A stretch of 64,000 nt of DNA from contig JBBQLM010000020.1 in NCBI GenBank assembly GCA_038327925.1, positions 9,569-73,568 of the forward strand, in the 5' to 3' direction. Under the pieces are notes generated by a model that worked only from the letters and a program-made list of their open reading frames with translations, had not been told where the DNA came from and did not search any database. Source of the DNA: Burkholderiales bacterium (GTDB taxonomy: Bacteria; Pseudomonadota; Gammaproteobacteria; Burkholderiales; Burkholderiaceae_C). The position numbers were made by a program, and so were the translations under genes. Every line of letters begins with the position of its first letter. Positions within the stretch are counted from its first letter, which is position 1. Of this stretch, positions 9,293 to 17,408 are shown piece after piece.

Positions 9293-9658
9293 GGGCGGTA
9301 GCAGGGTTGTGCCGGGAATGGCCACGGGCAGCGGGGGAATGACGGGAGTGGGAATGGTGGGCGTGACCGAGCCACCCGTCACAGCGGCGGATACGCCGGC
9401 CATGAAGCCGGCAGCAAGCTGCTGGTTGCCGTTGCCGGTGCCGCCGACAATGGCTTCGCCAAGACCCCCGACAAGGAGGAAGCCACCATCGCCCATGATG
9501 CCCGCGCCAGCGCCGATCAGTGTGCTGTCAATGCTGTAATTGCCATCATTCATCGCCGAGACCGAAGTCGACGCGGCCCCCAGGGCAAGCGCCAGAAGAG
9601 GCAGCAATAAGCAGCGTCGCGGCAAGCCGCAGAAGGGTGTTTGGCGGATGCGCTTCAT
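8534..9658 (-). CDS. Secreted protein: short Gly-rich N-region + shared C-terminal module
   Basis: 374 aa with a signal peptide (...LLALALGAASTSVSAMND). The 252-aa C-terminal module is almost identical to that of 4191..8333. Its ATG overlaps the stop of the upstream GT2 gene (ATGA at 9655-9658). Confidence 0.85.
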   Translation of the reverse strand: MKRIRQTPFCGLPRRCLLLPLLALALGAASTSVSAMNDGNYSIDSTLIGAGAGIMGDGGFLLVGGLGEAIVGGTGNGNQQLAAGFMAGVSAAVTGGSVTPTIPTPVIPPLPVAIPGTTLLPPIVNMAAGEGPAFMADLVAMLSSALGQPLQPIGQNALGTVTLSGFNGGKLAFVPSNYQGGGDPRANGIYPLGDVRYQIVRNGQSLVITPALVSLDQLLALLPGVSVRQADNGVLIATFNGVTYVVQPGVQVQTDSATGAAQLVMGADGNWHFIDAQGNSQILYPAFADATALHNALLGLDGSATLSIQLDGTATIVFQGQRYTLVPDLTLAGVPTERLGQSVWQDGTGQGGKARYRMVNNQPLGTAQGVTVKP

Positions 9659-10737
9659 TCGTTTGTCCTTGGTTTTGCGGCAAAGCCCAGATTGGCGACG
9701 ATCCGCAAGCGCTCACCCGGCGGCAGTTCACCGCCATCGAGCAGCGCTTGCCACAGTTGCCGGGCTTCGCTCACTCGACCGGTATAAAACGCGGTCAGCG
9801 CCAGTTCATCCCTGGCTCGCCAGGTGTAGGTGGCGACATCGACAAACAGCCGATCAACCGGCATGGAAATCGCCGCCGCCTTGCCGGCAAACAGCTCGGC
9901 GTTGTGCCATTCCTCGCGTTGGCGGAAATAGCGGGCCAGCTCGACCAGCGGCTCGGCGCGGCTTGGGCGACGTTCCCAGGTGGACAGATAGGCGGCAACG
10001 ATCTGCCCATGCGCATAGCCCAGCCGTTCCATCAACACCGCGCATTGCCAACCGGCATACCAGGCTTCTTCCTCCCAGCCGCCGAGGGTGACCCGCCGCT
10101 CATACTGCGCCAGTGCCTCTTCAAGCCGACCAGCGTCGCGGTAGCTTTGGGCCAGGTAGAAGACGTGGCGCGGATCGTTGGGATCATCGCGCAGCGCGGC
10201 TTCGAGGAGTGCCGCATCCTTGAGGTATTTGTCGGGGTCGCGCGAGCGGGCGCCCTCGGACCGCACCTCGATGGCCCAGCCAGGCAAACGCGGCTGCGCC
10301 ACTGGCTGCCCGGCATCCAGGAATTCGTGCACCACCCCTTGCCATCGCCAGGGCAACGCGGTGGACACTAGGCCGACCCGGTCGTAGCGCATGCTGCCGT
10401 AGCGGGCTTCCAGCGAATAGGCTGAACTGTCCAGCCGGGGCCGCTGGGTGCCAGAAGCAACGCTCAGGGTTTCGTCGGCGTCGATGAACAGCAGGTAGTC
10501 GGCACAGCCCCGCGCCAGTTCCAGCGCTTCGTTGCGGTTGTGGCCGAAATTGCGCCAGGGCCGGCGGGCCAGGGTGCCGGGGATGCCGTCGAGAGCCGCC
10601 CGCACCCGTGCCGGGGTATCGTCCGTCGAGCCGGTATCGACAATCAGCCAGTGGTCGATGAAGGGCCGCACCGAGGCCAGACAGCGCTCGATCACCGCCG
10701 CTTCGTCGCGCACGATCATGTTGAGGCAGAGCGTCAT
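9655..10737 (-). CDS. Family-2 glycosyltransferase with C-terminal TPR-like region
   Basis: N-terminus MTLCLNMIVRDEAAVIERCLASVRPFIDHWLIVDTGSTDDT...FIDADE is a GT2 signature. The C-terminal half is helical-repeat-like (YLAQSYRDAGRLEEALAQYERRV...). It lies 7 nt downstream of the collagen-like gene and overlaps the next gene. Confidence 0.85.
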   Translation of the reverse strand: MTLCLNMIVRDEAAVIERCLASVRPFIDHWLIVDTGSTDDTPARVRAALDGIPGTLARRPWRNFGHNRNEALELARGCADYLLFIDADETLSVASGTQRPRLDSSAYSLEARYGSMRYDRVGLVSTALPWRWQGVVHEFLDAGQPVAQPRLPGWAIEVRSEGARSRDPDKYLKDAALLEAALRDDPNDPRHVFYLAQSYRDAGRLEEALAQYERRVTLGGWEEEAWYAGWQCAVLMERLGYAHGQIVAAYLSTWERRPSRAEPLVELARYFRQREEWHNAELFAGKAAAISMPVDRLFVDVATYTWRARDELALTAFYTGRVSEARQLWQALLDGGELPPGERLRIVANLGFAAKPRTNE

Positions 10738-10744
10738 GGCGTGC

Positions 10745-12265
10745 CTAAGACGGGTAAAAGCCTCGTGTGCAGATCACATAGGTAAGGCCGTTCGGGGCGG
10801 CGGCACGCAGATCCGGCAAGGCGAAGGTGAGCGTATTGTCGCCACCGTAGGTGGCCCCCATAATCGCGTACAGCCCTGAGTTCTGGGCGATGGACAATAT
10901 CTGTCCCATCGCCCTTGTCCAATCTGCGGAATGGCGACCGGCTATCAATATCACCTGGCCAAGCATGCAACCGATCGCGTCTGGCTGGGTTCCCGCGACG
11001 GCATTGGATGTGCCCGTTCCGAACAGCGCCGCGGTACCCGCTGGGCCGGTGGCTCCCGTAGGCCCAACCACCCCTGCGGCACCCGCTGGACCGGTCGCAC
11101 CCGTCGCGCCAGCGGCACCGGCTGGGCCAGCGCTGCCGGTCGCCCCGGCAGGCCCCGTAGCACCTGCCAGTCCGGTCGCGCCGGTGGCACCAGTCGCTCC
11201 GGCCAGGCTGACGCCCGCCGGCCAGGTGCCGCCGGCCTTGGGGCCGAAGATCGCGCGGGTGGCGCTGTTGTAGTAGAAATCGCCGTTGTTGCCATCGCCG
11301 GCGGCGGGGTCCACCGTTCCCGTGAGCATCCCCGGCCCGGTCGCGCCGCTTGGGCCAGTGGCGCCGGTAGCACCTGCCGGACCGGCTGCACCGGTGGCGC
11401 CCGTCGCTCCGGCTAGGCTGACGCCCGCCGGCCAAGTGCCGCCGGCCTTGGGGCCGAAGATCGCGCGGGTGGTGCTGTTGTAGTAGGAATCGCCGTTGTT
11501 GCCATCGCCGGCGGCGGGGTCCACCGTTCCCGTAAGCATCCCCGCCCCGGTCGCGCCGCTTGGGCCAGTGGCGCCGGCTGCGCCAGTGGCCCCCGCCGGG
11601 CCAGTCGCTCCAGTCGCGCCAACTGCGCCGACTGGGCCAGCGCTGCCGGTCGTCCCGGCAGGCCCCGTGGCTCCTGCTGGCCCGCTTGGTCCGGTCGCGC
11701 CGGTCGCTCCGGTAGCGCCCGCAGGGCCGGTGGCCCCGGAGGCCCCACTGATCGTGCCGCAGGCCCAGCCGCTGGCGCCTTTGAGCAAAGTCTGGCCGGT
11801 GGCGCACGGTTCGCCAAGACTGGCGGCGGTGATCGCTCCGTTGGCCACGGTGGTAGCAGTATTGGCGGTGTTGGCCAACATCGCATAGGGCACCGATGAC
11901 AGCGCCTGGCGCGGCGTCATCTCGGCCCCGCTGCCGATCTGCACGCCCAGGTAATAGGGCGCGTCGAAGGCAAGATTGAGCGGCGTAACGCTACCCAGTT
12001 GCACCGCATAGAGCCCGTTGCCCACCGCAACCGACTGGGTTTCGCTCCACAGCATGGTGCCGCCACTGGCGGCGTCGTACAGCCTGAAGGTGATGCTCAG
12101 GGTGCTATTGACTGCCTGCCCGGCCTGGGTCAGCTTGCCTTGGTAGGAAATCTGCCGCACCGGCACCGTGGCCTGTGCTGCCCCGCCACACAACAACAAG
12201 GCTGAAACCAGCGCCAGCCGGCGGCAAGCGAAAAACCGGTGCGAAAAATGATCCGTGGCGGACAT
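10745..12265 (-). CDS. Secreted collagen-like triple-helix repeat protein with C-terminal phage-tail-collar domain
   Basis: ORF 10745..12310, start moved to ATG 12265 (MSATDHF..., GGAG 9 nt upstream) because the predicted -10 (12309-12314) lies downstream of 12310. Contains long G-X-Y tracts ([10 protein letters not shown]...). C-terminus ...[38 protein letters not shown]...GFYPS matches the tail-collar/MdpB-type pattern. Confidence 0.85.
   Translation of the reverse strand: MSATDHFSHRFFACRRLALVSALLLCGGAAQATVPVRQISYQGKLTQAGQAVNSTLSITFRLYDAASGGTMLWSETQSVAVGNGLYAVQLGSVTPLNLAFDAPYYLGVQIGSGAEMTPRQALSSVPYAMLANTANTATTVANGAITAASLGEPCATGQTLLKGASGWACGTISGASGATGPAGATGATGATGPSGPAGATGPAGTTGSAGPVGAVGATGATGPAGATGAAGATGPSGATGAGMLTGTVDPAAGDGNNGDSYYNSTTRAIFGPKAGGTWPAGVSLAGATGATGAAGPAGATGATGPSGATGPGMLTGTVDPAAGDGNNGDFYYNSATRAIFGPKAGGTWPAGVSLAGATGATGATGLAGATGPAGATGSAGPAGAAGATGATGPAGAAGVVGPTGATGPAGTAALFGTGTSNAVAGTQPDAIGCMLGQVILIAGRHSADWTRAMGQILSIAQNSGLYAIMGATYGGDNTLTFALPDLRAAAPNGLTYVICTRGFYPS
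11201..11585 (-). repeat. Tandem duplication (210-bp period) inside collagen-like gene
   Basis: 11201..11375 and 11411..11585 are near-identical. They encode two copies of [18 protein letters not shown](S/F)YYNS(T/A)[27 protein letters not shown]. Confidence 0.85.
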
Positions 12266-12308
12266 AAAGGGCAACTCCAATGGCAAAAGAGGCGGGGTGG
12301 GCACGCGC

Positions 12309-12355
12309 ATGGTAGGGACATCGAGCGCGCCTGTCTGTCCCTAGAACTAGTGACA
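12309..12355 (-). promoter_or_regulatory. Putative operator + promoter for collagen-like/GT2/module-protein operon
   Basis: Plus-strand atggta 12309-12314 (sense TACCAT), N17, tgtctgtccctagaactagtgaca 12332-12355. Confidence 0.6.
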
Positions 12356-12399
12356 AGCGCCAAGCGCCAACTGTGCTAGCGCCGGCCAAGGACTAGCAA

Positions 12400-12456
12400 C
12401 AAAATTGGCCGTTAGCCCTCGTAATACCTGCGTGGATAGCTACGATTTCAGTAGCA
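12400..12456 (-). repeat. REP-like repeat, copy 3
   Basis: caaaattggccgttagccctcgtaatacctgcgtggatagctacgatttcagtagca. Confidence 0.75.
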
Positions 12457-12467
12457 AACCACTCGCC

Positions 12468-13220
12468 TCATGGTTTCACCGTCAACCCCTGCGCCGTGCC
12501 CAGCGGCTGGTTGTTGACCACGCGGTAGCGGGCCGCGCCCTCTTGCCATGCGCTCTGCCCCACCCGCTCCGTGGGCACGCCGGCAAGCGTGGGGTCTGGC
12601 ACCAGCGTGTAGCGCTGGCCGTGGAACACGATGGCGGCGGTGCCGTCCAACTGGATGGCCGATGTGGCACCAAAGTCAAGGCCTAACAGCGCATTGCGCA
12701 GCGCCGCCGGGTCGGCAAAGGCGGGGTACAGCACCTGGTGGTTGCCCAGCGTGTCGATGAAGTGCCAGTTACCGTCAGCGCCCATCACCAGCCGTGCGTT
12801 GCCCGTTGCCGCGTCCAGTTGCACCTGCACGCCGGGTTGCACGACGTAGGTCACGCCGTTGAGGATGCCGGTGAGTACGCCGTTGTCGGCCTGCCTGGCC
12901 AGCAAACCGGGCAAGAGGGCAACGAGTTGCTCCACATGCACCAGCGCCGGGGCCAGCAGGATGGAATCGCCATTGCGCACCACCTGGTACTGGCCGTTGG
13001 CCAATGGGCTGGTCACGCGGTAGATGCCGTTGGCGCGTGTGTCACCGCTTTGGAACTTCAGCGGGATGAAGGCCAGCTTGCCGCCGTTGTAGCCACTCAG
13101 GGTGACGGTGCCGCACACGCCTTGTTCCACAAAGGCCAGGGGCTGGCCGACAGCAGCGGACAGCAGCGTGACCATGTCCGCCGTGAAGGCCGGGCCCAGG
13201 TCGGTGCCGAGGTTGAGGAT
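12468..13220 (-). repeat. DNA repeat encoding shared C-terminal module (class 2, with CGL...VCG cysteines)
   Basis: Closest to 16653..17408 and related to the class 1 copies. Confidence 0.8.
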
Positions 13221-14387
13221 GCCGGGCCAGGTGGCCAGCCCGCAACTGGGCGGCACGGCCAGCGGGGAAATGGTGGGGGCCGTTGGCGTTGGCGGTGGCC
13301 GTGGTGGTGGCGGTGGCGTCACCACCACGGCGATGCCAAACTTGCGCACGTTGTAGACAAAGAGGGCATCTCCCGCCTTGGTGGCGATGATGATGCAGTC
13401 GCCCACCGCCACGCCCGTCAGTGTGTTGCCGCTGACGGTGCAGTTGGCGGTGTCGGGCTCATAGGTGACCGCACCCGTTCCGCTGCCGCCCGTGGTGCTG
13501 AGCGTGACGCTGCCGCCCACGCTCACCGTGTCCGCGCTGGCGGACACCATGAGGCCGTTCTGGAAGTTCTTCTCGATGGTGAAGCTCTGCACGACTTGGG
13601 GTGCCGCGTCAAAGGTGGCGTTGCCCACCTGATCGGCAGTGATGGTGCAGGTGCCCGCCGTGACCGGGGTCAGCACATCATCGCTGGTGATGGTGCATAC
13701 CGCCGTGGTGGTGGATGCGAATGTCGGCGCCAGGCCGGACGATGCGGTGGCGCTCAGCGTGTGCGTGGTGCCCATGTTGAGCGCGCCTGGGTTGTCAAAG
13801 GTGATGGCCTGGGCGGTCAGCAGCGTCAGCCCGTCTAGCGCCGCCCCAGTCTGCCCGCCGCGCACCAGGCGGACATAGTTGGCGCCGGTCTTGGCGACCA
13901 AGTTGACGCCGCTGTACCAGAAGTCAATCGCCCACGCCTTGGTCGGGTCCCATGCGACCGTGGTGGAGGTCCAGGCGGCGCCCGCGCCCAACGCATCGCC
14001 TGACAAAGGCACGTTGGGGAAGGCAGTGGCATCTATCGCGGGGGAGCCCCATACGGCGTTGCCGATCAGGGTGATGGACTCCAGTTCCTTGATACTGGGC
14101 AGGCGCCAATCGTCAAAGCCCTTGTAGGCGGCGGTATTGGCCGCCACGGCGACGTTGAGTGCCTGCGCCCAGGTGGCCAACTGGCCCGTGCCCGTGGCGC
14201 ACGAGGCGTCGGAGAGGCCATAGGCGCAGTGGTCCCAGACCAGGCTGGTGGTGCTGTCACTGACCGTGCCATCGGCATTGACGGTAAGCGCGCCCCAGGC
14301 CGGCAAGGCCAGGCCCAGCACCAAGGTGGCAACGCTGGCCATGCCACGAAGCAGGCGCGTGAAGGAATGGGATGAAAGGGTGTGCAT
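12468..14387 (-). CDS. Secreted protein: DUF1566 (Lcl C-terminal-like) + Ig-like repeats + shared C-terminal module
   Basis: ORF 12468..14516, start moved to ATG 14387 (MHTLSSHSFTRLLRGMASVATLVLGLALPAWG). The DUF1566-type motif ...DDWRLPSIKELESI... is present. Two Ig-like repeats (tentative) and a poly-Pro linker (PPPPPRPPPTPTAP) precede the 250-aa module. Confidence 0.85.
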   Translation of the reverse strand: MHTLSSHSFTRLLRGMASVATLVLGLALPAWGALTVNADGTVSDSTTSLVWDHCAYGLSDASCATGTGQLATWAQALNVAVAANTAAYKGFDDWRLPSIKELESITLIGNAVWGSPAIDATAFPNVPLSGDALGAGAAWTSTTVAWDPTKAWAIDFWYSGVNLVAKTGANYVRLVRGGQTGAALDGLTLLTAQAITFDNPGALNMGTTHTLSATASSGLAPTFASTTTAVCTITSDDVLTPVTAGTCTITADQVGNATFDAAPQVVQSFTIEKNFQNGLMVSASADTVSVGGSVTLSTTGGSGTGAVTYEPDTANCTVSGNTLTGVAVGDCIIIATKAGDALFVYNVRKFGIAVVVTPPPPPRPPPTPTAPTISPLAVPPSCGLATWPGILNLGTDLGPAFTADMVTLLSAAVGQPLAFVEQGVCGTVTLSGYNGGKLAFIPLKFQSGDTRANGIYRVTSPLANGQYQVVRNGDSILLAPALVHVEQLVALLPGLLARQADNGVLTGILNGVTYVVQPGVQVQLDAATGNARLVMGADGNWHFIDTLGNHQVLYPAFADPAALRNALLGLDFGATSAIQLDGTAAIVFHGQRYTLVPDPTLAGVPTERVGQSAWQEGAARYRVVNNQPLGTAQGLTVKP

Positions 14388-14425
14388 GGCTGGGGTCTCA
14401 ATGAAGGGCAACATCGCGGGCACCA

Positions 14426-16423
14426 TCACGGACCGCTGCGCACAAGGCGCACAGCTAAGGACCCCGGCGGGGAGGACCGGTAGCCAGAGCCATTGAAGTC
14501 GAAGCCAACTACCCACACGAGCGTCGAACCAGGTGAGCGCGTTTCTGCTGTCCAGTAGAGGTTGCTCAGCGTGGAGGGGAAGTAGTCCACATCAATCAAC
14601 GGCGCGGCGCTTGCCCCGAAATGCACCAGCCCCATCAATTCGCGCCGGGTGGGCAGGCGCCAGCCGCTGCTGAAACCGCAACGGCTGGCGCTGTTGGTGG
14701 CCGCAGGCAGCGTGACCTGGGCATAGGTCGTCCACTCGCCCGTGCCGCTCTCCAGCGCCCAGACCAGGTTGGTCACGTTGTCCTTGGTGCAGGCCCAGTC
14801 GGTGCTTGCGTTGCCAGTGGCGGTGCCGCTGGTGTTGGCCACCAGTGTGCCGGTGCAGGTGCCGGCCCCTTGCAGATCGCCGTTGAAGCAAACCCTGGTG
14901 AAGTCAAAGCCCGCCACGCCGCCGCCCACCTTGGCGGGTGCCCCCACGTCACGGCCAAAGCGGCCGTCCTGGCGCGGCATGGCTGCGGCATCGCCCGTCG
15001 TGGCGGTGGTGCAGGCGGCCATCACGTTGCTGCCGTTGTCGCACAGCGTTTGCCCAGTGTCATTGAGCGCGCCAGTGGGGTGGCTGGCTTGGCCCACCGT
15101 GATGGCAACGGTGGCGGTGGCCGCTGTGTAGCTGGCGTCCGCCGCCTTGGTGGCGGTGATGGTGCAGCTACCGACCGCTGCTGCAGTCAAGGTCACGCCG
15201 CTGACCGTGCAGTTGGCGCTGTCGGATGCATAGGTCACCGCGCCCGTGCCGCTGCCACCCGTGGTGCTAAGCGTGGCGGTGCTGCCATAGGCGAGTGTTG
15301 TGTTGGTGGAAGACACACTCAACGCCGCCTGGTTGGCCTTGCCCACGGTGATGGCAACGGTGGCGGTGGCCGCTGTGTAGGTGGCGTCCGCCGCCTTGGT
15401 GGCGGTGATGGTGCAGCTACCTACCGCTGCTGCAGTCAAGGTCACGCCGCTGACCGTGCAATTGCTGCTGTTCGAGGCATACGTCACCGCGCCGCTGCCG
15501 CTGCCGCCCGTGGTGCCCAGCGTGGCCGTGTTGCCGTAGGCCGGCGTGGTGGTACTGGCATTCACCGCCAGCGCAGCCTGGACGGCCTTGGCCGCTGTAA
15601 TGGTGACGCTACGCGTGACCTCAATGCCGGCGCCATCGGTCACCGTCACAGAATAAGCACCCGCCGCCAGTCCGGTCGCGGTGGCTGCCGTTCCCCCGGA
15701 GGGCGACCAGCTGTAGGTGTAGGGCGTCCAGCCGCCGCTGGCCGTCACCGTGGCCGATGCATCGCTGGCACCGGCGGCGGAAGCCTGGGTGGCGCTGATG
15801 CTGGCAGAGAGTACCGGCGGTTGCACGATGGTCACGTTGCGCGTCATCACGCAGCTGTTGTAGTCGGTCACCGTCACCGTGTACGTACCCGCCCTCAATC
15901 CGGTGGCGGTACTGCTGCTCCCGCCGGAGGGGGACCAGCTGTACATATATCCGGGCGTCCCGCCATAGGCAGAGACACTGGCAGAGCCATTGCTGCCGCC
16001 GTTCACGGACACGTGGCTGATGCTGGTGGAAGCGGACAGGGCCGTCGGCTGGGTGATCGTGAACGAGCGCGTGGCCACGGTATTGACGCCATCGGTGACG
16101 GTGACGGTGTACGTCCCTGCGGACAGCCCCGTGGCATACAGAGAACTGCCCCCTGCGGGCGACCAGCTGTACGAATAGGGAGGCGTGCCGCCAGACGCGT
16201 TGACGGAGACCGCACCATTGGCGCCGCCGTTGCAGGCCACATGGGTCTGTATTCCCGTCACCGTTAGCGCGTAGGCCGGAGCCGACAGCGCGGCAAATAG
16301 GCTCAACAGGGGCACCAGCAGGCACCTGGCCGCGCAACGCAAGAAGCCGGTGAAGGAGCGGTCCGGCGACGCGCCGTTGATCGGGGTCGGCAACAGAGAC
16401 TTCAGAGGGTGTTTCATAGTCAT
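14426..16423 (-). CDS. Secreted protein: SprB-type repeats + Ig-like repeats + C-terminal DUF1566 domain (no shared module)
   Basis: 665 aa with a signal peptide ending ...SAPAYA. Three ~85-aa repeats fit the SprB-repeat pattern (V.CNGG.NG...V.A.GGTP.Y.YSWSP.GG....ATGL.AGTYTVTVTD). Two near-identical Ig-like repeats follow. C-terminus ...SSGWRLPTRRELMGLV... is DUF1566-like. Confidence 0.85.
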   Translation of the reverse strand: MTMKHPLKSLLPTPINGASPDRSFTGFLRCAARCLLVPLLSLFAALSAPAYALTVTGIQTHVACNGGANGAVSVNASGGTPPYSYSWSPAGGSSLYATGLSAGTYTVTVTDGVNTVATRSFTITQPTALSASTSISHVSVNGGSNGSASVSAYGGTPGYMYSWSPSGGSSSTATGLRAGTYTVTVTDYNSCVMTRNVTIVQPPVLSASISATQASAAGASDASATVTASGGWTPYTYSWSPSGGTAATATGLAAGAYSVTVTDGAGIEVTRSVTITAAKAVQAALAVNASTTTPAYGNTATLGTTGGSGSGAVTYASNSSNCTVSGVTLTAAAVGSCTITATKAADATYTAATATVAITVGKANQAALSVSSTNTTLAYGSTATLSTTGGSGTGAVTYASDSANCTVSGVTLTAAAVGSCTITATKAADASYTAATATVAITVGQASHPTGALNDTGQTLCDNGSNVMAACTTATTGDAAAMPRQDGRFGRDVGAPAKVGGGVAGFDFTRVCFNGDLQGAGTCTGTLVANTSGTATGNASTDWACTKDNVTNLVWALESGTGEWTTYAQVTLPAATNSASRCGFSSGWRLPTRRELMGLVHFGASAAPLIDVDYFPSTLSNLYWTAETRSPGSTLVWVVGFDFNGSGYRSSPPGSLAVRLVRSGP

Positions 16424-16492
16424 AGGAATAGGCTTTTGTTCTCTTGGTAACGCAGGGGGCCTCCCGAAACATCTTTGCCCGACCGGTGACGC

Positions 16493-16539
16493 ATCCTAGG
16501 AAAGGTTGGCGCGCCTGTCTGTCCCCAGAACTAGTGACA
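16493..16539 (-). promoter_or_regulatory. Putative operator + promoter for 14426..16423 / 12468..14387 operon
   Basis: Plus-strand atccta 16493-16498 (sense TAGGAT), N17, tgtctgtccccagaactagtgaca 16516-16539. Confidence 0.6.
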
Positions 16540-16584
16540 AGCCCCGCCCCACGGCTGTGCTAGCGTCGGCCAAGGACTAGTAGC

Positions 16585-16640
16585 CAAATAGGCCTCCAAC
16601 CCTCGTCATATCTACGCAAATAGCTATTGTTTTAGTAGCA
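16585..16640 (-). repeat. REP-like repeat, copy 4
   Basis: ccaaataggcctccaaccctcgtcatatctacgcaaatagctattgttttagtagca. Confidence 0.8.
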
Positions 16641-16652
16641 ATCCATTCTCTA

Positions 16653-17408
16653 TCAAGGCGTCACCGTCAGCCCCTGCGCCGTGCCCAGCGGCTGGTTATT
16701 GACCACGCGGTAGCGTGGCGCACCGCCTGGCCCCGCGCCCTCTGGCCACACCATCTGCCCCACCCGATCCGTGGGCACGCCGGCAAGCGTGAGGTCTGGA
16801 ACCAGCGTGTAGCGCTGACCGTGGAACACGATGGCGGCGGTGCCGTCCAACTGGATGGCCGATGTGGCACCAAAGTCAAGACCTAACAGCGCATTGCGCA
16901 GCGCGGTCACATCGGCAAAGGCGGGGTACAGGATTTGGTGGTTGCCTTGGGCGTCGATGAAGTGCCAGTTGCCGTCAGCGCCAATGACCAATTCCGCGCT
17001 GCCCGTCGCGCTGTCCAGTTGGACCTGCACACCGGGTTGCACCACGTAGATCAGGCCGTTGAACATGGCTATCAGCGCACCGTTGTCGGCCTGCCTGACC
17101 ACCACGCCGGGCAAGAGGGCGATGAGCTGCTCCACGTGCGCCAGCGCCGGCGCCAGCAGGATGGACTGGCCGCCTCGCACCACTTGGTATTGACCATTGG
17201 TCACGGGATAGATGCCGTTGGCGCGCGTGTCACCGCTTTGGAACTTCAGCGGGATGAAGGTCAGCTTGCCGCCGTGGTAGCCACTCAGGGTGACCGCGCC
17301 GCACACGCCTTGTTCCACAAAGGCCAGGGGCTGGCCCACGGCGGCGGACAGCAGCGTGACCATGTCCGCCGTGAAGGCCGGGCCCAGGTCGGTGCCGAGG
17401 TTGACGAT
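16653..17408 (-). repeat. DNA repeat encoding shared C-terminal module (class 2, mosaic)
   Basis: The flanks resemble 12468..13220. The central part (…GVVVRQADNG.LIA.FNGLIY.VQPGVQVQLD..TGSA.LVIGADGNWHFIDAQGNHQILYPAFADVTAL) matches 4191..4949. Confidence 0.8.

Noticed and set aside
10734-11886. Alternate-frame ORFs (10734..11807, 11413..11886, 10951..11391, and plus-strand ORFs) within the collagen-like gene.
   Set aside because: A GGN/GCN triplet periodicity keeps all frames open. Only the Gly-X-Y frame gives a signal peptide and a recognisable C-terminal tail-collar domain.
10745-12265. Tail-collar domain protein as evidence for a prophage or tailocin.
   Set aside because: No capsid, terminase, baseplate, sheath, integrase or lysis genes are nearby. 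The protein has a Sec signal and sits in an operon with a glycosyltransferase and a secreted protein, under the locus-specific operator.
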